DNA of 64,000 nucleotides from Pedosphaera sp. (GCA_031414955.1 JANOQV010000305.1:1-64000), one strand, 5' to 3'. Shown: positions 22,314-32,863, numbered from the stretch's first letter. Notes: generated by a model not told the origin, from the letters alone. Program-made: numbers and translations.

Positions 22314-23153
22314 ATGACGACCGCCTGGATCACCGGCGCGGGCGGACTCATCGGCTCGCAACTCGCTCGTCTGGCACCGCCGGGCTGGACAGTTCGCGGT
22401 CTGGCGCGGACGGATTTCGATCTCGCTGACTTCGCCGCCGTGCGCCCAGCGTTCGAGCGCGACCGTCCGCAACTTGTCATCCACTGCGCCGCCTTGAGCA
22501 AGACGCTGGATTGCGAACGCGATCCCGGCGCAGCCTGGAAGAATAATTTTGAAGTCACCCGCACGCTGGCCGGACTGGCGGCGGACATTCCTCTGATCTC
22601 TTTCTCCACGGACCTGGTCTTCGATGGTCTCAAGGGCCACTACACCGAAATGGATTCTCCGAATCCCATCAGCGTCTATGCCGAGACGAAAGTCGCGGCC
22701 GAGCGCGCGGTGCTGGCGAATCCCCGGCACTCGGTTGTCCGCACCTCGCTCAATGCCGGCCGCACGCGCGGCGGCAGCGCCTTCAACGAACAGTGGCTCG
22801 GAGCACTGGGGCGCGGCGCGACGCTCGATCTCTTTGTCGATGAATTCCGTTCGCCCATCGCGGCCACCGTCACGGCACGAGCGGTGTGGGAGTTGGTGGC
22901 GGCGAACCAGCCGGGGCTTTACCACCTCGCCGGGGGTGAGCGTCTCACGCGGCACGCCATCGGAATGCTGCTCACGGCCAACGCGCCAGCACTGGCCGCG
23001 CGCATCCAGCGCGGCTCGATTCACAACTACTCGGCCATGCGCCGCGCCCCCGATACCTCGCTGGACTGCGGGAAGATTCAACGGCTGCTTTCGTTCCCAC
23101 TGCCCCGATTCAGCGACTGGCTGCGCGAAAACCCCGGTACGCTCGACGCATGA
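22314..23153 (+). CDS. SDR oxidoreductase, dTDP-4-dehydrorhamnose reductase (RmlD)-like
   Basis: ITGAGGLIG, HCAA, STDLVFDG, YAETK (YxxxK), DEFRSP. Confidence 0.85.
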   Translation: MTTAWITGAGGLIGSQLARLAPPGWTVRGLARTDFDLADFAAVRPAFERDRPQLVIHCAALSKTLDCERDPGAAWKNNFEVTRTLAGLAADIPLISFSTDLVFDGLKGHYTEMDSPNPISVYAETKVAAERAVLANPRHSVVRTSLNAGRTRGGSAFNEQWLGALGRGATLDLFVDEFRSPIAATVTARAVWELVAANQPGLYHLAGGERLTRHAIGMLLTANAPALAARIQRGSIHNYSAMRRAPDTSLDCGKIQRLLSFPLPRFSDWLRENPGTLDA

Positions 23154-23971
23154 ACTATCGTGGCCGCCTCGCGCCTTCCCCGACGGGCTATTTGCATCTC
23201 GGCCACGCCCGGACCTTCTGGACGGCGCAACAACGGGCGCGCGAATACAATGGCGTCCTGATCCTTCGCAACGAGGATCTCGATCCGGCGCGCTCTCGTC
23301 CTGAATTCGTGGACGCGATGCTTGCAGACTTGAAGTGGTTTGGCTTCGAGTGGCAGGAAGGCCCCGACGTGGGCGGGCCGGTCGCGCCTTACGACCAAAG
23401 CAAGCGCCATCATCTTTATCGTGCCGCGCTTGATCAACTGCACGCCGGCGGATTCATTTACCCCTGCACCTGCTCGCGCAAGGACATCCAGCAAGCTGCC
23501 CAAGCTCCGCACGCCGGTGATGATGAATTGATTTACCCCGGCACCTGTCGCGCCAATTTGAAATCGCCCACCGCCAGTCGCCAATGCTCCTGGCGCTTTC
23601 GCGTGCCTGATGGAGAAGCCGTGTCATTCCTCGACGGACAACTCGGTGCCCAATCGTTCATCGCCGGAAAACACTTCGGTGACTTCGTGGTCTGGCGTCA
23701 CGACAATGTGCCGTCCTATCAACTCGCCGTCGTCGCGGATGATGCGGCGATGCAAATCACCGAAGTGGTGCGGGGCGCGGACCTGCTCGTCTCCAGCGCG
23801 CGGCAGTTGCTCCTCTACCGGGCGCTGCGCCTGACTCCACCGACATTTTCACACTGCCCTCTCGTGCTGGATGAAACGGGCGAACGACTGGCCAAGAGGC
23901 ATGACGCACTGAGCCTGCGCTCATTGCGCGGAGCAGGAAAATCGCCGGAGGAACTCCGGGTGGCGTGGTAG
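23150..23971 (+). CDS. gluQ: tRNA glutamyl-Q(34) synthetase GluQRS
   Basis: RLAPSPTGYLHLGH, YPCTCSRK, YPGTCR, YQLAVVADD, VVRGADL, RLAKR. Short protein with no anticodon-binding domain. ATGA overlap with the upstream gene. Confidence 0.92.
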   Translation: MNYRGRLAPSPTGYLHLGHARTFWTAQQRAREYNGVLILRNEDLDPARSRPEFVDAMLADLKWFGFEWQEGPDVGGPVAPYDQSKRHHLYRAALDQLHAGGFIYPCTCSRKDIQQAAQAPHAGDDELIYPGTCRANLKSPTASRQCSWRFRVPDGEAVSFLDGQLGAQSFIAGKHFGDFVVWRHDNVPSYQLAVVADDAAMQITEVVRGADLLVSSARQLLLYRALRLTPPTFSHCPLVLDETGERLAKRHDALSLRSLRGAGKSPEELRVAW

Positions 23972-24004
23972 AAGACAGCCGCGAGGATGACTCCACAGCC
24001 GTTG

Positions 24005-26044
24005 TTACTTCTCCTTCAGTTCCATCTCGCCGCACCAGCTTTCGGGCAGCACTTGGTCTCGCACCTCGGGCAGGTGTTTGAGGTAAAAGCGCGTGGTGTG
24101 GTCGTCCTGGGCGGATTCGAGCACGCGCTCAAATGCCAGGCCGGCCGGGCCAAAGTCCCGTTGCTGAAACAGCCGCAGAGCCTCATCGAACTCCCCATGC
24201 CAGGCCGGCGAAGTCGCTGATGCCTCGCGGTCGCCCACCAGTTCGTACACCTGCACGCACTTCTCGAAGCCCTTGAGCTGGAATTTGCCGAGGTACCGCG
24301 TCAGGAAGCGAGTGCCGATCTCCTTCTTCACGTCTCCCGTGATCAGCACATCGGTGCCGAGGTATTTGTTCAACCCTTCCATGCGCGAGGCGAGGTTGAT
24401 GCTCTCGCCGATGGCCGTGTAATCCACGCGCGTCGCGCTGCCGAAGTTGCCGACATTCGCCACGCCGGTGTGGATGCCGATGCGCGTGATCAGTTTGCGT
24501 CCTTTGACGGGCAGCTTGCTCTGCTCACGGAAACGCAGCGCGGCGTCGCAGGCGCGCACCGCATGATCGCCCTGCGGGTCGGGCGCATTCCAGAAGGCGA
24601 AGATGGCGTCACCGATGTATTTGACCACGGTGCCATCCGTGGGGTGGATGCACTGGCCGACCGCGCCCTGGAAATACTCGTTCATCATCTGGGCCAGTTC
24701 ATCGGAGTCCATGCCCTCGGACACCGAAGTGAAGCCGGCGATGTCGCTGAAAAGGATGGTGAGCCGCTGCTTGGCCGCGCCGGGTTGGAGCAGCTTGCGG
24801 TCATTGTCCGCCGCGAACTTCTTTACCAGCTTGGGCGAGAGGTACATTTCGAGCGAGTGGATGAAGAGGCGGTTCTGGACGTAGAGCCGGATGGAATTCA
24901 CCGCCACGGAACAAAGCAGCGCGACGGCAATCTGGACACAGACAATCAGCCACGGGAACCAGGTGAGCCGGCTCACGAACAATTCCCGGCTCAGGACACC
25001 CACCAACAGCAAGGCGACGAGGGCCGCGAAGATTGCGACCCCAGGTCGCAGGCGCATCAGGCCAAACCCAGCCAGCAAACCCAGGGCGACAATCGTGCCC
25101 AACTCTGCGCGCAGAGGAAATCGCCGCAGCCAGTCCCCATGCATCAGGTTCAGGAACATCGTGGCCTGAATTTCCACCCCGGAGATGAAAGGCGACTGGC
25201 CCTGTCCCGTGATCCAGAATGAATACGGATTGCGATAGGCGTCGTTGCGCTCGTTCTGCAACTTCGTGATGAGGCGCGCACCGATGAAGACCGTCTTACC
25301 GCGAAAGAAATCATCCGGCACGAGTTCCGGCAGCAAGGCCTCGGAGTAGCGGACGCTGGGCAGCAAGCCGGGCGGTCCGTAGTAATTGATCCAGGCCCGG
25401 ATCGGCGCGCCCGGCAGATCCGGCGAAGGCTGGAAGACTTCCGCTTCCGTGTTCTTGGTCACCGGAGCGGCCAGCAGTTGCGCCGCCACCCAGCTCAGGC
25501 TCGCCAGTTGTTCGTTGGGCGAGTGGGCGCGCACAATTAAATCCCGGCTGGGAATTGTCTCCACGGAACCGTAGCCGGCAGCGTTGGTCGCCAGGGATTC
25601 CGTCGGCGGCAGGAATTGCTTCTCGTGTTCGCTCACGGGCACATGCTCCAGGCCAAACACCACCCGCCCGTTCCGCTTCATGGACTCGGCCAGTGCGGCG
25701 TCCGGGCCGGGATCAGGGTCGGTGAAGACGACATCCAGCACCACGGCTCTGGCTCCGGCGGCAGTCAACCGGTCGAGCATTCGCGCGTGAATGGATCGGT
25801 CCCACGGCGCCTTGAGCGCCTGGCCCAAATCGAGGTGCGACTTCTCGTCGAGATAAACGATCACGGCGTCATGCGCCGGGAGCTGCTGGAAACGGAGAAT
25901 GTGGAGCAAATCATAACTGAGATTCACCAGCCCGGAACCGACGGCGAACTCATGCAGGAACCAGCCCAGCGCAGCCACGACCAGCGCCAGCAGCCACGCC
26001 CCCCAGCGGGCGCGAATGATCGAGGGCCGTTTCACAGGGAGCAA
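24005..26044 (-). CDS. CHASE2-domain adenylate/guanylate cyclase
   Basis: N-terminal TM, CHASE2 (PWDRSIHA, GARAVVLDVVF, SGVEIQAT), three TMs, class III cyclase motifs (ILFSDIAGFT, KYIGDA, RIGIHTG, DYTAIGESINLASRMEG). Confidence 0.92.
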   Translation of the reverse strand: MLPVKRPSIIRARWGAWLLALVVAALGWFLHEFAVGSGLVNLSYDLLHILRFQQLPAHDAVIVYLDEKSHLDLGQALKAPWDRSIHARMLDRLTAAGARAVVLDVVFTDPDPGPDAALAESMKRNGRVVFGLEHVPVSEHEKQFLPPTESLATNAAGYGSVETIPSRDLIVRAHSPNEQLASLSWVAAQLLAAPVTKNTEAEVFQPSPDLPGAPIRAWINYYGPPGLLPSVRYSEALLPELVPDDFFRGKTVFIGARLITKLQNERNDAYRNPYSFWITGQGQSPFISGVEIQATMFLNLMHGDWLRRFPLRAELGTIVALGLLAGFGLMRLRPGVAIFAALVALLLVGVLSRELFVSRLTWFPWLIVCVQIAVALLCSVAVNSIRLYVQNRLFIHSLEMYLSPKLVKKFAADNDRKLLQPGAAKQRLTILFSDIAGFTSVSEGMDSDELAQMMNEYFQGAVGQCIHPTDGTVVKYIGDAIFAFWNAPDPQGDHAVRACDAALRFREQSKLPVKGRKLITRIGIHTGVANVGNFGSATRVDYTAIGESINLASRMEGLNKYLGTDVLITGDVKKEIGTRFLTRYLGKFQLKGFEKCVQVYELVGDREASATSPAWHGEFDEALRLFQQRDFGPAGLAFERVLESAQDDHTTRFYLKHLPEVRDQVLPESWCGEMELKEK

Positions 26045-26081
26045 ATCTGGTTGAGCACGCCGCGAGTTAACCGCAACGCGC

Positions 26082-29000
26082 TCAGAAATAGAATTTGAAA
26101 CTGGCGTAGAAAGTCCGCTCGCGCGGCAACTCGGAGTAGAGCGAGATCGGGTTCAACCTGTAATCCTGTCCTCCGATGTTCAGCACGCCAACGCGCGCCT
26201 CAGCATGGCGACGCCAGAAGCGATAGCCGGCAAACAGATTGAACTGCCAGAAGTCGCCACCATCGAGGGCGGGGGTGTAACCATAGTTGTTTTGCGCGGT
26301 CCAGATGGCCTGGCCTTCCCCGAAGAAGCCGCAACGATGGTTGTAAATGGCGTTGAGCGAGAGCTGCTGCAACAACGCCGACTCGTTCTGATTCACATTG
26401 GCCTCTCGATCCACCTCCGGCGAGACGACTGGGAAACGAGTGTCGAGATCGGCGTGGCTGAGACGATAGCGAACGCCGAAAGCCCATTCATCACTCAGAA
26501 GCTGATTCACGGAAACCGTCAGGCTGCGTTCCTCGTACTCGACCTTCTGCCGCGCGCTGCCCGGAGTGTTGGGCACGGGAATGAAGAAGCTGTTGGTGAT
26601 AATGCCGACGGTCCGCGAAGCGTCGGAACGCAGCACCTCGGCGTCGATGTTCACGTAAGTATGAGTGGGAAACTGGTGATCGATGCCCAGACAGAAGGTC
26701 TCGAAGCGCGTGCCTGGCACGAGTCCCACGCTCGATTCGGGCGCGAGGCTGCGGAAGGCCTGATTGAATCCGCCCACCTGCGTCGGCTCCAATCGGAAGC
26801 TGTTGTCGAAAAACACGCCGCCCAAAGATCTCGTGTAAGCCGCGCGCAGGTGCGTCTTCTCGGTCACCGACCAAAGCACGCCCGCCTTCGGTGAGACCTG
26901 ATCCTTGCGGCTCTGAGTGCTGGTGATGGGGGCGGTGTCGATATTGTCGGGAAAGCGCAAGCGGTCGTAGCTCACCCCGGCAATTAACTGGAGACTCTTC
27001 CAAGGCGACCACTGATCGTAGGCATAGATGCTCTCGCGGTCGAGGTAGGTCGTGTTCTCCAAGTGGGCATTGATGCGAGCGAAGCTGCTCACGGAATTCA
27101 ACGTGTCCATCGACGCGTACTGGAAGCGGCCACCCACGACGAGCGTATGTGGTCCCACCGTGAGGATCTGTTGCAACTCCGCAGTGTAACCCTCGAGGGT
27201 CGAGCGATTCGTCACTGCATTGACCGCCGTCTCCACGCGGGTGACTTGCCCGTCGATTTGGCGGAAGAAAAGGATCTGCCGATTCGGTTCTTGGTACTGC
27301 AGATCGTCTTCCAATCGACCGGCTAAGAAAAGTGTGTGCGACCCCGGTCCCCACTCGTGGTGGTAGCCGAGAAACAGGTTCGGCTCCTGAACTTCCCGGA
27401 AGCGAAAAGTCGGACTGGCCCCCCGGACGTTGGGATCGGTCGCGCTGGCTCCCACCTTTTGCGAGTAATACTGCTGCACATCACCGCCCTCGAATTCGTT
27501 GCGCTGCACTTCGAGGTAGAGAGTGTCGTGCGGCGTAATTTGCTGCCGGATTTTGGCGGTGTAATCCGTCTCCTCAAAGTCGTTGTTGAGGCGCTGCCCG
27601 GTGTCCCGACGGTAGCCGGCCTCCAGCGCCCAATCCGTTCCACCGACGCGGCCGTACTGCACGCCGTGCTGCACCCAGTCGCCGCCGCCGAAGTACTCTG
27701 TGCTGGAAGCGAGGCCGATGTAGTTCGCGTCGAACAGGCGGGTGTATTCCTGCTGCGAGACGGTGGAGGAAAGCCGCGTGCCGCCGACCGGTGCGAGCAG
27801 GTTGGCGATGAAATACTCGCTCACCGCCGCCGCCTCGTAGCGCAGATTGATCTGCTTCGGGTCGCGCAGAGCATCGTAGCTGTTGGCCAGAAACTGGTGC
27901 GCGGAAAAATTTCCGTAGTCGTAGCTGACGGCCCGGCTCGCTTCGCGCGTGCTCCAGTCCGTCATGCCGGCGTCCAGATAGATGTGGGCCAGGTTCGCAC
28001 TGCGCACGGATTTGTCCTGATCGAGCAAGAGGCGCGAGCGATAGAGGCTGCGGTTCTCGTTCAACTCCTGGGACTTCTCCAAATCGCGCACGGCTTCGTT
28101 CACCTTGTTCTGCTGCTCGGCCAGGATGGCGGAGTAGAGCCACGGCGTCGGGTCGTTCGCATCCAGCTTCTGAGCGAGGCGCAACTCTTTGCCGGCGCGC
28201 TCGGCGTCGCGCGTCTGGCTCCAGGCTTTGCCAAGGTAGCTGCGTAGGACGGAGCGCTGCGGTTCCAGCGTCGCCGCCACTTGCAAATCCTGCCGCCCCT
28301 GCTCGCTATCGCCCCGGCGAATCCTCACGAGGCCACGGCCCAGCCAGCCGTTGGCCAGCGCGCCGTCGAGGGCGATGGCTTCATCGAAGGACTGTTGCGC
28401 TGCGGAAAACTTGCTGCGACCAGCCAGGACGAATCCGCGCAAGGCGTGCGCCTGGGCATGGCGCGGTGAAAGAGTGAGCGCCTGGTCGAGCGCGTCTTGA
28501 GCCTGGCCCCCGTGGGCAAAGCTGAATTCCAACTCAGCGACGCGCGCCCAGGCGAAACCAAAGCCCGGCGCTTTGGCGGTCGCCTTGCGCGCGACCACGA
28601 GCGCCTCGCCGAGCTTGGACTGCGCTTGCAGGGCGTAGGATTCCGCCATCCATTCTCCGGCCAGCGCCAACGCGCCAGCGCGCAAAACAGGACGCCCTTT
28701 CACCGTCTCCATCATCTGCCGGAGCGCCTCGGCCTGTGGAGTGGAGACGGCTTGAATCATCAGCGCGGCTTGTCCGGCCTGACCCGCGGCCAGCAGGGTG
28801 GCGGCGCGGTAAATTTTCTCGGCGTCGCTCGCCGGCTGCCGGTTGTCGGGATATTTCGCCAGCGCCGCGAGCAAATCACCGGAACGATACGCCGCCAGGG
28901 AATCCGTCAGCGCGCTTCGTTCCGCATCGCTCAGGCCAATCTCATCCACGTCGAGGACGGCGGGATAATAGATTACCCATTGGATGATGCCGCTGGCGTC

Positions 29001-29603
29001 GAGCACTGCGGTTTTGCGCGGCGCCTGCCCGGCGTCCACGATGCCCTGCTCGCCGGAGACGAGGTTCACGGTGGCGACTTCGTTCTGCAAATCAACCAGA
29101 CCATCGACGAGCGTGACCTCGGTGTGGCCGTTCTCCAGGACGAGCAGATGAAACTCGGTGCCACGAATCGCTCCCGAAGCCAGCGGCGTGCGGAACTCAA
29201 CGGAGCCGGGCCGCTCGCGATTGAAGAAGTAACTCGCGCCGTTCTTAAGTTCGAAGCCGGCGTTCGCGCCCGCGGACTTTGGCGGGCGAACCTCCATCGT
29301 GGTCAGTTCATTCAGCCGTAACACACTGCGGTCGGAGAGTTGCAGGGTGGCGCGGCTGCGCAGACCGGTGCGGACGCGGTCGCTGTTTTGCAGGAGGAGG
29401 TTGGTCGTGGCCGGAGTCCAAGTGGCCAGACCGCTGCGCGCGACCTCGACCTTGCCTTCGACCGTAAGCAGTCGAGCGGGTGCCGATCCGTTCTGCGCCT
29501 GGGCGATGACGACAAACCAAACCAGCGCGAAGTGATAAAGAGTTTTCAAAGTGTGCCTGCTTCCAAAGGGAGTTGAGCCTCCGGGAATGCGCTTAGTTTG
29601 CAT
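26082..29603 (-). CDS. FecR-domain / TPR / TonB-dependent-receptor-like beta-barrel outer membrane protein
   Basis: FecR-like N-terminus (DRVRTG..SRATLQLSD, TPLASGAIRGTEF), TPR helices, amphipathic beta-strands, terminal aromatic residue (SFKFYF). Start uncertain. Confidence 0.85.
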   Translation of the reverse strand: MQTKRIPGGSTPFGSRHTLKTLYHFALVWFVVIAQAQNGSAPARLLTVEGKVEVARSGLATWTPATTNLLLQNSDRVRTGLRSRATLQLSDRSVLRLNELTTMEVRPPKSAGANAGFELKNGASYFFNRERPGSVEFRTPLASGAIRGTEFHLLVLENGHTEVTLVDGLVDLQNEVATVNLVSGEQGIVDAGQAPRKTAVLDASGIIQWVIYYPAVLDVDEIGLSDAERSALTDSLAAYRSGDLLAALAKYPDNRQPASDAEKIYRAATLLAAGQAGQAALMIQAVSTPQAEALRQMMETVKGRPVLRAGALALAGEWMAESYALQAQSKLGEALVVARKATAKAPGFGFAWARVAELEFSFAHGGQAQDALDQALTLSPRHAQAHALRGFVLAGRSKFSAAQQSFDEAIALDGALANGWLGRGLVRIRRGDSEQGRQDLQVAATLEPQRSVLRSYLGKAWSQTRDAERAGKELRLAQKLDANDPTPWLYSAILAEQQNKVNEAVRDLEKSQELNENRSLYRSRLLLDQDKSVRSANLAHIYLDAGMTDWSTREASRAVSYDYGNFSAHQFLANSYDALRDPKQINLRYEAAAVSEYFIANLLAPVGGTRLSSTVSQQEYTRLFDANYIGLASSTEYFGGGDWVQHGVQYGRVGGTDWALEAGYRRDTGQRLNNDFEETDYTAKIRQQITPHDTLYLEVQRNEFEGGDVQQYYSQKVGASATDPNVRGASPTFRFREVQEPNLFLGYHHEWGPGSHTLFLAGRLEDDLQYQEPNRQILFFRQIDGQVTRVETAVNAVTNRSTLEGYTAELQQILTVGPHTLVVGGRFQYASMDTLNSVSSFARINAHLENTTYLDRESIYAYDQWSPWKSLQLIAGVSYDRLRFPDNIDTAPITSTQSRKDQVSPKAGVLWSVTEKTHLRAAYTRSLGGVFFDNSFRLEPTQVGGFNQAFRSLAPESSVGLVPGTRFETFCLGIDHQFPTHTYVNIDAEVLRSDASRTVGIITNSFFIPVPNTPGSARQKVEYEERSLTVSVNQLLSDEWAFGVRYRLSHADLDTRFPVVSPEVDREANVNQNESALLQQLSLNAIYNHRCGFFGEGQAIWTAQNNYGYTPALDGGDFWQFNLFAGYRFWRRHAEARVGVLNIGGQDYRLNPISLYSELPRERTFYASFKFYF

Positions 29604-29800
29604 AAATTTTCGTCCATGACAATCCCGCATACCAGCAAGCCCGTGGCCATGAGAATTGTCCCGTGAGTCCCTGGCGTGCCCGTCTGTCCACGCCTTGGGC
29701 AGGAGTGTCCCGACCTGAGCCACGGTTTTCCCCGCGCGCCTGGTGTTCGTGCGACTGGATGATTTGGTGTCAGGTTTGCTTCAAGTGGGGACAATCAGGT

Positions 29801-32800
29801 TTGAAAAGTCTCGTTAAGCAATTCGTTCGCATCGTCACGCGTGTCTCCACGTTCGCGGCGATTCTGTTTCATCTGCCGCTGGTGGCGGCGCCGTTTATTT
29901 TTCGACAGCCCACTAATCAGATGGCGATGCCGGGCCAGAATGTCCTCTTCAATGTCGGCGTCACCGGCACTCCGCCGTTCTCGTTTCAATGGCGAAAGGA
30001 TTTCACCAACTTGGTTTTCGCCACCAATGCGAATCTCTTCCTACCCAACGTGCAGATGGAAACCGCCGGGCGCTACGCCGTCCTGGTCACCGACACCACC
30101 GGATCGATCCTGAGTTCGCAGGCCATGCTCGTGGTGAGCGTGCCGATCAGCATCGTTCAGCAGCCCTTGCCGCAAACCGTCCTGCTCGGCGGCAGTGCCT
30201 CGTTTTTCGTCAATGCGACTGGCGGCCCCCCGTTCACTTACCAGTGGGTCTTCAACGGCACGCCCCTCACGGGAGCCACGAACCAAGTGCTCGATATCTC
30301 GCCCGTCACGGCGGGTGACATCGGGAATTACAGCGTGCGGGTTTGGAACAGTTTCGGGAACTTTGCCGACAGCGCCCCGGCCGGTTTGAGCATCGCCGGT
30401 GCGCCGCCCGTCTTTACCCTGCAACCTTTCGGTCAGAGCGTGCCAGCGGGAGCGCCCGTCGTGTGGACGGTCGCGGTGTCCGGCACGACCCCGATGAGTT
30501 TTCAATGGCACTTCAATGGCACCCCGCTGGACGGCGAGACCAACGACGTGCTGCATCTGGTGGCCGCGCAACCGGTGAACGCTGGTGATTACGCGGTGCT
30601 CGCTTCCAACTTCTACGGCACAGCCGTCAGCGACGTGGCGCGCCTCGAGGTAATGCTTCCGCTCCTGGCGTTTGCGGACAATTTCGCGGACGCAGCGAAC
30701 CTCCAGAGTATGATGACCGTCTCCGGCCAGGGGATGACCTTCGGCGCGACGCTGGAACCATTGGAGCCGAATCACGACGGTCGCCGTAACGACCACTCGG
30801 TCTGGCTGGCCTGGACCGCGCCGGCCAGCGGCATCGTCGAGCTCAACACCTTGGGCAGCGACTTCGACACCGTGCTGGCCGTTTACGTGGGCAACACAGT
30901 CGATGCACTGCTGCCTGTGGAGAGCAATGACGACTCGGAGATAAACCACAGCAGTGCGCTCGCCTTCAACGCCCAGGCTGGTGTCACCTACCGCATCGCG
31001 GTGGCCGGTCACTTACACAGTCAGGGCCATGTCTTCTTCGATCTGCAACTAACCCCCACACTGGATCAATTACCCGTCTTCCTGAGCCATCCGCAGAGCC
31101 GCAGCGTGGCTCCGGGTGCCAATGCTTCCATGTCCTTCGTGCTCGATTCCATCCAACCGGTGGACATCCAGTGGATTTTCCGGGGTCTCGACGTGGCCAA
31201 TGCCACCGCCTACTCGAATGACTTTAGCGGCATTGACGACAGCCAGGTTGGCCCCTACCGGGTGAAGATCACCACTCCCACCCGGGTGGTTTACTCCCGC
31301 TACGCTGATCTCCAGATCAATTCGCGCGGTCTGACCAATGTGCTGGCGCGGGACAAACTCGGTGATGCGATGGACTCCGGTCTGTATCTTCCTCAGACGG
31401 TGCCATTGAATCTACCCGTCGGCGATGGCAAGTCTGCGGCAAGCCCGGGCCCGCAAAAGTCTGGCGGCAGCGGTTCGCGCGGCTACACCACCACGCAGAT
31501 TTTCAGCACCGTCGGTTCGGGCGCCGATCCGGGCGAGCCGGTGCATTGCGGAGTCGGGGCGGGCAAGTCCGAATGGTACGCCTACCAGGCCGAGGCCAAC
31601 GGCACGCTGCGCATCGACACAGATGGCAGCAGTTACGACACGGTGCTGGCCGTTTACATCGGCCCGGGCGACAGCTACGCCACGCTGACCAACGTGGCTT
31701 GCGACAACAACAACGGCAGCAACGGACTCACGAGCAAGGTCATTTTCACCGCCACCAGTAATACGATTTACTGGATCGCCGTGGATGGCGTCAGCACCTC
31801 CAGCCCCAAGAGCGGTACGGTCAAACTCCACATCATCCTCGGCAATCCCGTCACCATCGACACCGAGCCGCAAAGCGCGACCGCGCCGTCCGGCACCAAC
31901 GTCTCCTTCACCGTCAGCGCCAACGGCATGACGAATTACACTTACCAGTGGAGGTTTGGCGGCACCAATCTGGCCGGGGCCACGAGCGCCACTTACACCC
32001 GCACGAACGTGCTTTCATCCCAAGGCGGGACGTACGACGTGGTGGTGAAAAACCCGATCAACTCCGCCACCAGTTCGGTCGCCACGCTTACTGTCTATTC
32101 CGGCACGGTGTTCATCACCAACCAGCCGCAAAGCCAGATCCAAGCGGCGGGTACGAACATCACTTTTACCGTTGAGGCGTCTGGCTCGGGGCCGCTGGGC
32201 TATCAGTGGCGCCTCAACGGCACGAATCTTTCGGCCCAGACCAACAGCGCGCTGACGCTGAATAACATCCAACCCGCCGACGCCGGCACTTACGCGGTGA
32301 TCGTGAGTGACACGAACGGATCGCTGGCCAGCTCGAACGCCACGCTCACCGTTCTGGTGGCTCCAGCCATCACTTTGCAACCGAGCAGCCGGACCACGGG
32401 CCCCGGCAGCCTGGTCACGCTGACCTCCGCCGCCTCGGGCTCGCCACCGCCCGGCTACCAGTGGCTCTTCAATGGTGCGGTGCTGGCCGGCGCGACGTCC
32501 GCCACGCTGAACCTCAACAATTTCCAAGGATCGAACGAGGGCGAGTATTCGATGATCGCGAGCAACTTGGCGGGCGCGGCCCAAACGCTCGGCGTGGAAG
32601 TGCTGCTGAACTCGCCCGTCCGCTTCACGAACTTCGGCTGCTCCAACGGAACCTTCACCGCGCGCCTGATCGGCGTGGCGCACACGAACTACATCCTCCA
32701 ATGGTCTGGCAACCTGATCGATTGGAACAACCAGCTTACGAACAGCGCCAGTTCCGGCATCATTCCCTTCGCCGCCGTCATGACGAACGATGGATTGAGA

Positions 32801-32827
32801 TCGTGGCGCGCGGTTTCCGCGCCATGA
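29801..32827 (+). CDS. Secreted immunoglobulin-domain protein (multiple Ig I-set and two PPC-like domains)
   Basis: Repeated QP..Q….G..V.F.V…G..P..YQW..NG Ig motifs and two GSxxDTVLAVY domains. The TTG start at 29801 is tentative. Confidence 0.85.
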   Translation: MKSLVKQFVRIVTRVSTFAAILFHLPLVAAPFIFRQPTNQMAMPGQNVLFNVGVTGTPPFSFQWRKDFTNLVFATNANLFLPNVQMETAGRYAVLVTDTTGSILSSQAMLVVSVPISIVQQPLPQTVLLGGSASFFVNATGGPPFTYQWVFNGTPLTGATNQVLDISPVTAGDIGNYSVRVWNSFGNFADSAPAGLSIAGAPPVFTLQPFGQSVPAGAPVVWTVAVSGTTPMSFQWHFNGTPLDGETNDVLHLVAAQPVNAGDYAVLASNFYGTAVSDVARLEVMLPLLAFADNFADAANLQSMMTVSGQGMTFGATLEPLEPNHDGRRNDHSVWLAWTAPASGIVELNTLGSDFDTVLAVYVGNTVDALLPVESNDDSEINHSSALAFNAQAGVTYRIAVAGHLHSQGHVFFDLQLTPTLDQLPVFLSHPQSRSVAPGANASMSFVLDSIQPVDIQWIFRGLDVANATAYSNDFSGIDDSQVGPYRVKITTPTRVVYSRYADLQINSRGLTNVLARDKLGDAMDSGLYLPQTVPLNLPVGDGKSAASPGPQKSGGSGSRGYTTTQIFSTVGSGADPGEPVHCGVGAGKSEWYAYQAEANGTLRIDTDGSSYDTVLAVYIGPGDSYATLTNVACDNNNGSNGLTSKVIFTATSNTIYWIAVDGVSTSSPKSGTVKLHIILGNPVTIDTEPQSATAPSGTNVSFTVSANGMTNYTYQWRFGGTNLAGATSATYTRTNVLSSQGGTYDVVVKNPINSATSSVATLTVYSGTVFITNQPQSQIQAAGTNITFTVEASGSGPLGYQWRLNGTNLSAQTNSALTLNNIQPADAGTYAVIVSDTNGSLASSNATLTVLVAPAITLQPSSRTTGPGSLVTLTSAASGSPPPGYQWLFNGAVLAGATSATLNLNNFQGSNEGEYSMIASNLAGAAQTLGVEVLLNSPVRFTNFGCSNGTFTARLIGVAHTNYILQWSGNLIDWNNQLTNSASSGIIPFAAVMTNDGLRSWRAVSAP

Positions 32828-32863
32828 GGTCGGCGGTCCCCAGACTCGGGCTGGGATGGCAGT

